Shown here: positions 49,709-60,325 of the stretch, piece by piece
Layout of the letters: each line of letters begins with the position of its first letter
How positions within the stretch are numbered: position 1 is the first letter of the stretch
From: Balanoglossus misakiensis
Taxonomy: Eukaryota > Animalia > Hemichordata
Assembly: GCA_040954595.2 (NCBI GenBank)
Contig: CM082597.2
Coordinates: 2,776,265 to 2,840,264, forward strand
DNA length: 64,000 bases
Direction of reading: 5' to 3'
Program-made: the position numbers and the translations under genes
The notes under the pieces: model-generated
The model's input: only the letters and a program-made list of their open reading frames with translations
What the model was told of the DNA's origin: nothing
Database searches by the model: none

Positions 49709-52700
49709 TTAGAGTCTGAAGATTGCGGCAACCATGGCTGCTACCATGACAACCAGTGAAGCGGTTGGGGCCGCTGCTGAACTAATTCCTGTAAATAAAT
49801 CATAGAGTGAGAGTCAGTGAAGGAATTCCATCATAGTGTTTAGAAATACACAACTTAGGTGCACCATCTACATCTCCTGCATATTGCTACTTATGATCAG
49901 ATGTACTTACGTTCTGATAATGGAGTGGCTTCGGGTCTACCCTCTGTAAAAGATCATGCATGCAAACATACGTTAAACAATGATTCACTCCTTTCTACCT
50001 CCTTCACATTTACTATAAAAGTTGGCAGGTCTCCCTGAATAGTGTGAACAAAATTGAAGTATCTATAAACGGAAAATTCGTGCATGCGCAGTTCAGGCGA
50101 CTCTCCACTTTAAAGTAGAATTGTTCCTATAAAAAGCTCGACATACCTGTAAACTGAAGCAGTTTACTGACAGTACCCTCTAGGTTCTTTACTCGGCACT
50201 CATACTGCCCCCACTGGTCGGACCTCACTCTAGAAAACTCCAAGCTTGACATAGCCGTGTTTGTGTAAATCTTGACGCGTAGTTTGGTGCTTTCCCTGAA
50301 AGCGAAAAGTGAGCCACATAATTTTTGGAAGTAGTTAACGATTTCGGTTTATTCTTTTGAGGGATTTATGTGTGGATCGCGCGCCACCCAAGTACCAAGT
50401 GAAACCCCTGACCAGGCAAAAACTTGATCTAGTGAATTAGATTGTGAAAAACACGTGACTGAATAAGATGGACCAACTTACGTCACAGGGCGTCCAGCTC
50501 TGAGCCAGATGACTTCACTGACAGCTGGCATGGCATGATACTCGCATACAAGAGTGGCCCTTCCATTGACGTATGCTTTTACTTCGGGTTTGTAGACAAC
50601 AACTTCAGGTTTGTCTGGGGTAAGAAGGGAAAAGATAAGGGTAAATGAGCAAGTCCACCATTTTGGCATGAGGGTTAAATGATAAAGTGTCTATAGCACT
50701 ATATTAGGCCTGTCTCACTACAAAATGGTTCAATCCCTATAGTTCAATGATCCCAAACTACACACTGACGAGACCGGGGGTGCCAACCACTTACAATTCA
50801 TTACGATATCAACATCTACCGAGTCCAAACCCACTGTGTTGCTGGCGACGCAGTGGTATGTCCCCCTGTCGTTGCTGGTCATGTTAACCAATTCCAGTTC
50901 CTGGCCGTGAAACAGGATATCACCGTTGGGAAGAGTGTTTCCTAATCTGCTCCAGGTGATAACCGGAGGCGGGTTGCCTTCAGCCCGGCAAGTGAGTGTG
51001 TGGCTTTTGTTTCTCTGGGTGATGATGTCGGGTGTGTGATAACTGATTCTCGGCGGCACTGAAAATAAAAGAAATTAAAAGTTCACTTATAAGGGAAGAC
51101 TGTTAACCTCGTCATGAACTTGCCACTTCAAAAATTAGTCTTACTGTTTAACCGGCACTGTTTAATTCATGACTGATATTATTAATATTATTAGTTGTTT
51201 TCAAAGGTTCACAGCGGGTGCGGTTCCACAGTGAGTGAGTGAGTGAGTGAGTGAGGGATAGGGTGAGTGATTGAGAGCGGAGTGTGTGTGTGTGTGTGAG
51301 TGAGTGTGTGTGTGTCAGTTAGTCAGTGAGTCAACTAACCTCTTACTGTCAGCCACACCTCCTCCGAGTTGTCACTGGTGCAGACCCATTTCCCAGAATC
51401 CATTTCCTTAGCGTCCATTATCCTGATAGTGTATTCATCCGGGCTATTCAAATCCAAGGAGTACCTGGCTATCTCGCCCGGTTCCTCTTTGTCATCGCCG
51501 ATGTCGGACAACTCATCCTTGTATGATATGGTTCTGGCATCTCTTGATCTGACCCAGTATATGACAGTTGACCCGTAGTTGCTTATTCCATTCGTTCTGC
51601 ATCTCAGTTCTGTGTTCTTTCCTTGCTCCACCGTGACATTGTGATCAAATTTCAAGACCTCGCCTCGTACTGTATAAAAAGAAAACAGCATGTATATTCA
51701 GTAATTTAGACGCCAGAATGCTTTGGACAATATTAAATTTTTTCTCTAATATAGTCAAATCTAATCAACTCTGTCCAATGGGTTTTCGGTTACCCAGACT
51801 ATCTAAAATGGATCGTTTCTGACTCTTACAGTCGATAGTTTGTGGTCCTCGAACTTGAACGACAAATGCGCATGGATGTCAACAGGCTGTTTTTCGAGTG
51901 CCATGTCGTAACTGCCCCTTTCTTTCGCCGTGACCTATTTGAGTTGTATTTGCTTTTGTCCGACTAGACTGTTAGCAATGGACGAGCGAGCTTGTATAGA
52001 AATGCAAAACTGTTCACTGGAATGCGTGTTACGTATGCATGCCGCGGTGGGCACGACAGACTCCCATTGGTAAAAGCTGTAACGAGTAGCCAGTATATTG
52101 TAAACCCACGGATGGTGACCTTTGTTTCAACACAATGCACAGACCACCACACTTTCTCTCTATGATTAAAACACGGCCTCCGTTAATAGCCGTAGAGCGT
52201 GGAGTAGCAGGGCCCACAGGCTGCAGATGGTGACGTCTTTGGCGTTATAGCAAAACGATAACCTCTATACTGAAACATGCAGTTGCCATCTAAGTCTGTC
52301 CCTCAACCCGTCATAAGAATTCACAGCCGAAAGTCCAGTAGTTCAGGAAAACATAGCTGACAATAGAAGTGAAAATAACTCTACAAAGGCCCACTCTTTC
52401 ATGCAAATTAGGCCAATTAACTGGTTTTTCAGTGTAACTGTTTTTACCTTATAGTCTACGAATTCTGAAAAAGACGAAAGCTAAAAAAGACGAGATTAAA
52501 TCTACATGTCATTTTTTGTACCCAGGCTGTCGAGAAATTTGGAAGAAAGGCGTATTTACTGGAGAACCGCCAGGACGAAATGTCAGCAGCCATTTCCGCT
52601 GCCTGGAACTTGACTGGTCATAGAGGCTTGCTTTTTATCGGAACACGCCCATAACTGTCTCCACGTTATCTCTTTATGGAATGGAAGCATTTCTTCTGGA

Positions 52701-53309
52701 TACAGTCGACTGTCATTGCTACACCACAGAAACCTAAAAAGTCTAATCGAAAAAATAACCCTCAACTAAAAACTTCCATGTTAATCGAAACTAAAACTAT
52801 TTGTCAGTTGCCAACAAAGTAAAGCGTCCCCGAATAATTTATCTTAGCGAATATGCATGCTTGTTTCGACATAGACTTAACTCGACAGCTTTTCCCAGCC
52901 CAAATTAACATATAGATACAGAATATGAAAAAGCTTCCCTTTTAAATTATCATATTGGCACAGGTGGCAAAAACGTTTGCTGGGTCGGGAGATTTTGAAT
53001 TAAGTAGCATATGCATTCAATTGTGTTTGAAAGTTGCTGTCAGTTAGACAAACAACTTATCACTGAATGCGAGAACGGTTTCATTTTCGAACTAAGATCT
53101 TAGTTGACTGGTCACCCCAGAATGAAATACTCTGTCAGTGTGGCCGTGTTAATTGTCTATTAAGTGAACTGATGTACGGAATAATGGAGTTTAAAACGAT
53201 GCTTGCATTTGCGAACGGTTACTGTAATGATGCAGTACACTAAAACCTGTTCCACCTTACCTGTGAGTGCGATCGCCAACACCAGTAGCACGGATATCGT
53301 TCGTTCCAT
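49709..53309 (-). CDS. 3-Ig GPI-anchored lachesin/IgLON-like protein, paralogue B
   Basis: Exons (minus) 53309-53261 (MERTISVLLVLAIALT), 51669-51340, 51058-50795, 50614-50482, 50295-50147, 49943-49911, 49788-49709 (ends SSAAAPTASLVVMVAAMVAAIFRL*); TATATAA on the minus strand at about 53460-53466. Confidence 0.88.
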
Positions 53310-54078
53310 TCTGAATTAAAGTGTTAGACCTTCTCAGCTTTGATTTGTCGTTAGCTGATTCCTAGTTCTGTTTTAAAAGGCAGAATTCTAGCTTGATGGA
53401 CTTGGCGTGGTGCTTCTTTTACGCAGCAAATCTGTGTAATTCAATGGGTGCCGCGCTGGTTATATAATATGCAAAAAATGTAAGTGCTCTTCATGAATAT
53501 AACCTATTGATTAAGGTTGAGGGATTAGTTTTGTCCAGGCGTACATGTAGTTCTGTGGAAGTAGCTGCTGCCGTAAAGTGGTCTTCTGTGATTTACGACA
53601 GTAAAAAAAATATATGAGAACATGTTTTTAATCTTTAAAAGGTGGCTAAATTTTCCCAGCCAAAGTCATGTAAAATATATCAGTAAAAGGGATTGCATTT
53701 GTCCGTTGAAATTTAGCTGAGTGGGAATTTGATCTGCGTTCGTAAAATCTTAAAGCTCGAGAGTGGGTAAAACAAGGCCAAATGTTTATTATTCATAATC
53801 GACAGGTCTGGTCTGCCATTTCAGTCAAGGCTCGCGTGAACATCATTTTTTATGTCTATATTGAAAATATCATGGTACTCTCATAGTTTGATAATAATAT
53901 AAAATAAAACGTCCGTAAATTCAAGTGTGTTTTTCCCTGCTACATGCTAATTCAGCGTCAGTTTTAGCAGTGCTCGATTAAGTATTTTAGCATCGCTAGA
54001 TTGAGGGCGCCTCAGATCAGAATGGCGGATGGTAGCATGATATAAATTAATTGATATTTATACACTATGGACAATGCC

Positions 54079-54291
54079 TTCATTCACCCTGAAAGTACAG
54101 ATGAAACGGGTGTGCTATTTTTAAAATCAGATTTAAATGAATTCTCTCATACACCTCCTTACAAAAGTAGTATGGGCAATGCCGATATTCATACGCTGAA
54201 AGTACAGTTGAAACGGATGTGCTATTTTTAAAATAAGATATAAATGAATTCTCCCTCATACACCTCCTTACAAAAGTAGGTAGCGCCAATG
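54079..54291. repeat. ~108-bp tandem duplication (2 copies)
   Basis: CTGAAAGTACAG.TGAAACGG.TGTGCTATTTTTAAAAT...CATACACCTCCTTACAAAAGTAG occurs twice. Confidence 0.85.
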
Positions 54292-54825
54292 ATTCTTGTA
54301 ATGTTCATTATCTTACAAGCAGCTGGCCAACTTCAAGTTACTCTGGGCGTGTATCTGGTAGTATTAATCAAGATAGACAGGTCAAATGAAAATTAAAATA
54401 ACGGGATGATACAAAACTTGTTGAAACACGCAAATTGTGCGTAATTGTTCCACAAACATTACAGAGGGAAAACGCATCTTGCGAAAAATAACTTCCGCTG
54501 GTAGAATTGACCAGTAAAATTGTGGTTCAATAAATTTGATGTGATGCAACACTCGCGCATTCTGCTAATACCCGAAGCTTCAATATCAAACGCGCGCACA
54601 TCCGCATATTCACTTTAACACAAATACATTATCCTAATAACAGCAACAATAATATAAAGAATTACATAAAAATAATAATAACGTCATAAAAATAATAACG
54701 TCTGCATAAACCTCCTAAACTTGTAATAATAATAATACATGTAAGCATAATAATAACTTAATCATTTATATTGCGCCTGTGTGATCAAGTTTACATTACC
54801 AGGAAGTACGCAACAAATGTTTGCG

Positions 54826-55002
54826 TGTAGTCAAATCTTATCAGCCAGTAAAAGGACTTTCCCAAACTGGCCTTTAAACAAAGCCTTTCTAAATACAACT
54901 GTAGTTAAATTAATGCATATAAACTGCACAGGGACTGTACCAAAGACGCTACTCTAGAAAGGTTTTTATACTGAGGTGGTCACTAACACAGGCTTGACTG
55001 TA
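54826..55002. mobile_element. Tc1/mariner-type MITE, diverged copy of 3330-3495
   Basis: Shares ACAGGGACTGTA and GAGGTGGTCACTAACACAGG.TTGACTGTA. Confidence 0.65.
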
Positions 55003-55108
55003 CATAGAAAACGACTAGCTGTAAAATATTGTTATACTCATATTGTTCTATTGCACATATTTCCCCAAAATAATGCCCACGGATCGCTTTTAATTTTGAC
55101 TGTATAAA

Positions 55109-55972
55109 TCACTTATTATCCAGCTTGTTAAAAATCAACCAAGCAAAGCTGTGTTTAGTTAGTTTTACAAGACCCAGTTTACCGCCAACGGTACGTTCCG
55201 TGCTTGGAAAAATAGTATATGGATGGTGTTCATTTATTTCCATACCTTCCTCAATGATCAGTTTCGCATTCGTTAGAAGATTTAAGTTTTGTTTTCTGTA
55301 CTCCTTTCTTACAAAAGAGTAACCCACGTCGCCAATTTCTTTGTACACTGTCCATGCCACAGGCCTGTTGTACGAGTCATAAGCGACGACACTGTTGCAG
55401 TGCTGCAGTGTGTTTGTGAAGACTGGGATTGGCGTTGAGCTTGAAACACGCCAGGAGTTCCGCAGCATTGGCACGTGTTCTGTGGTCAATTTTGGTCCGA
55501 ATTTCAGACCACTTGGCAGAGCATGTAGCTTTTCTCCTTGAGCCTGTATAAATTCGTACGGGATAGCGAAGAAGTTACAATAATCCTTAAAAGACAATTG
55601 GTATCCTTCACGTAGGCAAACTTCTTCGATTGATGGGGCGAGTTTTTCTGGTACGGCTTCAAACATGAGAGCAGTCTTTTTCCAATCAATTACCCCCTCT
55701 TGAGTCAGAACATATTTTAGCTTGTCATTGTCGCCGGAGTAAATAAAGTATGTTCTATCAAAAGGAGGAGAGTAATACTTCTTGTTTACACACACCATGG
55801 TACTAATATCACCATATGCTTCACTGTCTGTGTAGACCTCCAGGCATGGCCAGACATTCTTGGTCGCGTGACTATTCTTGATCAGATAGTATGCAGGGTT
55901 ACATACCGGTTGCCATGACTTCAAGCGATTGAGTAACTCTGGCATCCTTGCTGCTTGGACAAATCTTGCCAT
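55109..55972 (-). CDS. Glycine N-acyltransferase-like (GLYAT/GLYATL family) protein, intronless CDS
   Basis: 287 aa; N-domain WPCLEVYTDS...YFIYS...GVIDW; C-terminal GNAT region PVAWTVYKEIGDVGYSFVRKEYRKQNL. Confidence 0.75.
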   Translation of the reverse strand: MARFVQAARMPELLNRLKSWQPVCNPAYYLIKNSHATKNVWPCLEVYTDSEAYGDISTMVCVNKKYYSPPFDRTYFIYSGDNDKLKYVLTQEGVIDWKKTALMFEAVPEKLAPSIEEVCLREGYQLSFKDYCNFFAIPYEFIQAQGEKLHALPSGLKFGPKLTTEHVPMLRNSWRVSSSTPIPVFTNTLQHCNSVVAYDSYNRPVAWTVYKEIGDVGYSFVRKEYRKQNLNLLTNAKLIIEEGMEINEHHPYTIFPSTERTVGGKLGLVKLTKHSFAWLIFNKLDNK

Positions 55973-56273
55973 GGTATTACGTTTGGAATAGCCTAAGGGT
56001 GCGTTCTGTCACAACTGGTGTCGATATCACATTTGTTTGCAACACTTTCAATTTTATACTAAAAAAAGAACTGACAAAAATTAACGGAGGAGAGTATTAT
56101 TTATGGGGTGTCATTATTCGCGCAAGCGTTTTGAAGCGACGCGAAAGTTTAGCAGGGGCACAATTTTGACAGACTAAACATGCGAATAAATGTATTTTAC
56201 TAAACAACAAACATTTTGACTGAGAATGTACAAATCTAAATCTATATGGCTGTAGTAGAGCATACATTTTCCT

Positions 56274-56339
56274 TTAACCCTTTAACCATCATGGTTTGAT
56301 CCAATCCTATTGTTTTATACCTAGGGAAATGGGGGTTAA
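56274..56339 (-). mobile_element. Internally deleted piggyBac-type MITE copy
   Basis: TTAACCCTTTAACCATCATGGTTTGATCCAATCC...GGGGGTTAA. Confidence 0.55.
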
Positions 56340-57649
56340 GAATTGATAGTGTTTCAGAATGCCAATTAACCTTCCTTTGTTCTGTGCTCTACAACATACT
56401 GTTTGCTGCAATATATCTTAGTCATTTTGAACTTTGTTTAATCGAATTCTAACGTTATGCTTGTGGTATTAACATCTCTTTCTGAATACGAATCGTCGCT
56501 TACACGTACATTCATTTCTTAAAATACTAGTTTATTTAGTATAACCTCTGTTATGAGCTACGAAACAATCAAACCATATTTGGAGAGCGTGGGTGTTAAC
56601 ATATTTAATAGAGTTTAACATTTCATGAAGTGGTATTTTTAACACGGTGACTACAGGCATATGTGAGCTAACATGAGTCAAGGTAACCTGTATACCAATA
56701 TTTACCCCAAGGTAAAACGTAAAATGACAACGAAGACTTTAGTTGGTTTGTGAGGGTGCTGTTAAAACTATAGTCTACGCGCTACCACCTGACGACCAGC
56801 AACTATTTTGCTTCACTAAAAATTCTTGTTTCCTTTATTCTCACACATTGATCGATTTTATCTGTCTAACTTTAACATGTTGCTGGTTTAAATATTTGAA
56901 TAAAATAACGGCACCAAGGGCATATTGCTCACCAATGATTTTGACATCAACAGAAAAGTCTAGCGCCCTCACACAGCAATCATGAATTAGAACTCGGTCA
57001 CAATCGAACTCGGCCATAGTGCAGTGACCCGAGTAGCGACCCGAGTAGCTGCCGGTGACGTCATCCCATTCTAGTTAGCATGCGCATAAGCGTAACCGGG
57101 GAGATTTCAAACGAACGATACAAGTGTATATAGTGTAGCAACCCATGTAAACAAATATGGCGACTGAGTTTGAAGATTTCTTGGTTTTGCGTAACAATAT
57201 GGAACAGGTGACCAAGCACATCAAGGGTGTTTCCGCATTAGCCGAAATTGAGTTCAAAATCCATGATGGCTGCTTGAGGGCGCAAGGCTCATGAAATGGG
57301 TGTACTCCTAAACACAACAAATTCACTAAAATGAAACGGATGTCAATGAGATTAAGAAATTAAACATCAGAGTGATGCAATACGCAGCTCAAAGGATCAG
57401 AAAATCAAGTCTACTATTAGACACTATCGCCAAATGCCAATAGAAAACAGACAAATATTTAAGAGATGTTCAATTACAAAGAAGGTAATCTGCAACGCTG
57501 CCAGTACTGTCCCTTCAATTCACAGACACATCAACTTCAAAACCCATTTTCGTTAATCAAGTCAGTACATGTACATATAGCTAAAAAATCCTACATCTAA
57601 ATGGAATTTTTTATCAACAATTCTTGTTATCAGACAATTCAAAGTGCCA

Positions 57650-59323
57650 TTACTTGCGTCCCTCAGAAAGGCCAACTATCGCAATCTTTGTCAGTTCACG
57701 TCGGTTTACTTTATTTGAAACTGTTATGGGAATTGTCTTGAAGAACATCACATAATCTGGGATGCGACGAGTATGTACGCGACCATGACAATATTTCATG
57801 ACGTCATCTTCTGTACAAGATTGATTTTCTCGTCTGATAATGCAGATGCACAGACGCTGATATACCTCCTCGTCTGGTATAGGCACCACTGCAACTTCTG
57901 CCACGTTTGGGTGTCGAGCAATAACCTCTTCTATCTCCCCTGGGTAAATATTCACAGATCCCCGAATTATCATATCATCCACCCGGCCTAATATCTTGCA
58001 CCATCCATCTTCATTCATTTCAGCGAGATCGCCACTACGATGCCAGCCGTCTGGTAGGTTTGTTTCTTCGGTTTTCTTCTTGTCGCCTAGGTAGTACAAA
58101 AACAGGAATGGGGAACGCACCCACAACTCCCCTGCTTCATTGCGAGGAACAATTCTCCCCTCCGTATCAACCACCTTAATTTCATAACCCGGCGAAGCAT
58201 ACAAACCATACGGGTACTTGCGCATCAATTCCATACTCAAGCCAGGCGCACGAGAAGACATTGCATCACTCGTTTCAGTTGAACCATAATTATTTACAAC
58301 AGTGCACTTCAGGACAGAAGACACCGCCTTCGCCAGATCTTCTCTTAGTATGCTTCCAGCTATATAGATGATCTTCAAACTTGGGAATTTGTAATCATGT
58401 ATATTGGGATGATTAATCATGTCCGCTAGGACATTTTGAAACGTTAAACTGTGTGTTATTCCCTCATCTTGGAGTACTTGCAGGTAGGTCTCAGTTGACT
58501 GTCGTGATGGTAACATAACGCTAGTCGAGCCGAAGACCATGGGTAAAGTCAGAGCTCTTAAGGCTTGTGCGTAGGCAACACAGGCAACAAATAATTCTTT
58601 TACATTTGAAGAATCTTCACAGTAGGTTGCCATTACAGAATTTAACTCAGTGTGATGTGTATGTACAGCACACTTAGGAAAACCTGTGCTGCCAGATGTA
58701 AAATATATTGACAGAACATCATCGCTACCAACTTGACGTTGTCTGGCTTCCACGTCTCCATGCGATGCCTGCCCCATGCTTAGTAGCTGCTGGAATCCAA
58801 ATGTGCCTTGTTTTGGTTCCCCATCTATCTGTACTACAGCATGCAATGCTGGAAACCTATGATGGTGAATTCTTCCAGGATGAAACCGATCGAGCTCGGG
58901 GAGGAAGTCAGCAATTTCGGAGGGTAGGTGGTCAGATGTACCATCTATAAGGATTCTACATTCTGTCCGGTAGATGAGTTTTTCCATTGCTTCTGATGTC
59001 AGACCCACATCAAAGCGAGCAACTCTTGCTCCGACTTTAGCAGCAGCATAAAACGACAGAATCCATTCCAGACGTGTTCCGGCCCAGATACCAATACAGT
59101 CGCCGATTTCAACGCCAAGATGCAGAAACGCTGAAGCCAACGTATCGACTTGTTGCCTTAATTTACTGAAGGTGATTCGCGTTCCATCTAGTGGGAAGAC
59201 GAAAGCTTCTTTGTTTGGAAAGAGAACAGCATTGCGATCTATGCAATCACCAAACGTGTCCCCCATGAACTTTTCTGTTGCTGGATTGTGGACATAGCTC
59301 CGGGTGAAAGTCTTCGACGACAT
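57650..59323 (-). CDS. ACSF2-like acyl-CoA synthetase (ANL adenylating enzyme), copy 1, intronless CDS
   Basis: Likely start MSSKTFTRSYVH after an acceptor at 59338-59339; motifs YFTSGSTGFPK, NNYGSTE, GELWVRS, WHRSGDL, GRVDDMIIRG..NIYP.EIE, SNKVNR; the N-terminus resembles ACSF2. Confidence 0.88.
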   Translation of the reverse strand: MSSKTFTRSYVHNPATEKFMGDTFGDCIDRNAVLFPNKEAFVFPLDGTRITFSKLRQQVDTLASAFLHLGVEIGDCIGIWAGTRLEWILSFYAAAKVGARVARFDVGLTSEAMEKLIYRTECRILIDGTSDHLPSEIADFLPELDRFHPGRIHHHRFPALHAVVQIDGEPKQGTFGFQQLLSMGQASHGDVEARQRQVGSDDVLSIYFTSGSTGFPKCAVHTHHTELNSVMATYCEDSSNVKELFVACVAYAQALRALTLPMVFGSTSVMLPSRQSTETYLQVLQDEGITHSLTFQNVLADMINHPNIHDYKFPSLKIIYIAGSILREDLAKAVSSVLKCTVVNNYGSTETSDAMSSRAPGLSMELMRKYPYGLYASPGYEIKVVDTEGRIVPRNEAGELWVRSPFLFLYYLGDKKKTEETNLPDGWHRSGDLAEMNEDGWCKILGRVDDMIIRGSVNIYPGEIEEVIARHPNVAEVAVVPIPDEEVYQRLCICIIRRENQSCTEDDVMKYCHGRVHTRRIPDYVMFFKTIPITVSNKVNRRELTKIAIVGLSEGRK

Positions 59324-60325
59324 CTTCAAGAACCAGTCTTTATAAATAAAAAACATACGTTGATTGTGAAGAAAGACTTTGGGTTATATTGTTTGGACTT
59401 TTGTTAGAGATAAAACAATATCACACATTTAAATCAGGAACGATAAATTTCCATCTTCTAGAAAAAGTACATTGTTTAAATTTCACCAATGCTATTTGTG
59501 TCCACAACATTACCGCATATTTATCATTTACATACTATAGCAATAAGGTAATGGCCTATTTCACCGATAAGCTTTACTTGTTAAAGAAATGCAACATGAT
59601 GGCTTTACAATTCATTCCGTTCAGTGAAGCACAGACTTCAGGCGGCTATGGAAAATTCCCCCTTCATGTCAGTAAGCTTGTGTCCTTGAAGAGTTTGACA
59701 TTAACTCGTTCAGACAATGTTTACTTTAGAATGTGAACTCTTGAACCTTCTTACTACTAAACGTTTGCCCATTTTGCTATTTCATCCGCCCCTCCAACAA
59801 ACAGACTACCCTACCCGTTAAGCCCTTTCCGCTGATTTTAGTTAACCGAGGTGGGGAAATCCTAAGCTGTCTGCCACACCTTAGAAGACCGTCAGTTATT
59901 ACAACTCTGGAACTATGAAAACCATGTAACATACCTGATATTTAGATAACTTGTAGAGTCACCGTAGATGTCAAGAAAGCAGCTGTTTTTTTAGTGGACG
60001 AGTTTGGAATGCAAACAATAAACCCTGGGTGAACTCTTTTCAAGATTACGCAAAAGTCACCAAACGTGACAAAATACCATGATGCAGCACAAACGCTGTA
60101 AGTGGGCACGTACGCATGCTCAGCATTTGACGCTTACATTGAATCAACAAAATATACAACTTCTATCCGCTATCAATTAAACCATAGCTTCAAACCCTGT
60201 CTGTTATAAATTCAGGTCTAGTCAGTATACCTTAATAACTAAGAAAATATACATCTACAATAATTTCTTTTCAAATATGAAGCTTCGCCCTCTTTAATCT
60301 TGTCAGACGAATCTCTGATGCGATA

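Noticed and set aside
59324-59356. Upstream in-frame starts for synthetase copies 1 (59356) and 2 (62059)
   Set aside because: They fall in the pyrimidine tract before a splice acceptor; the conserved AAGATG at 59323 and 62005 is the likelier start.
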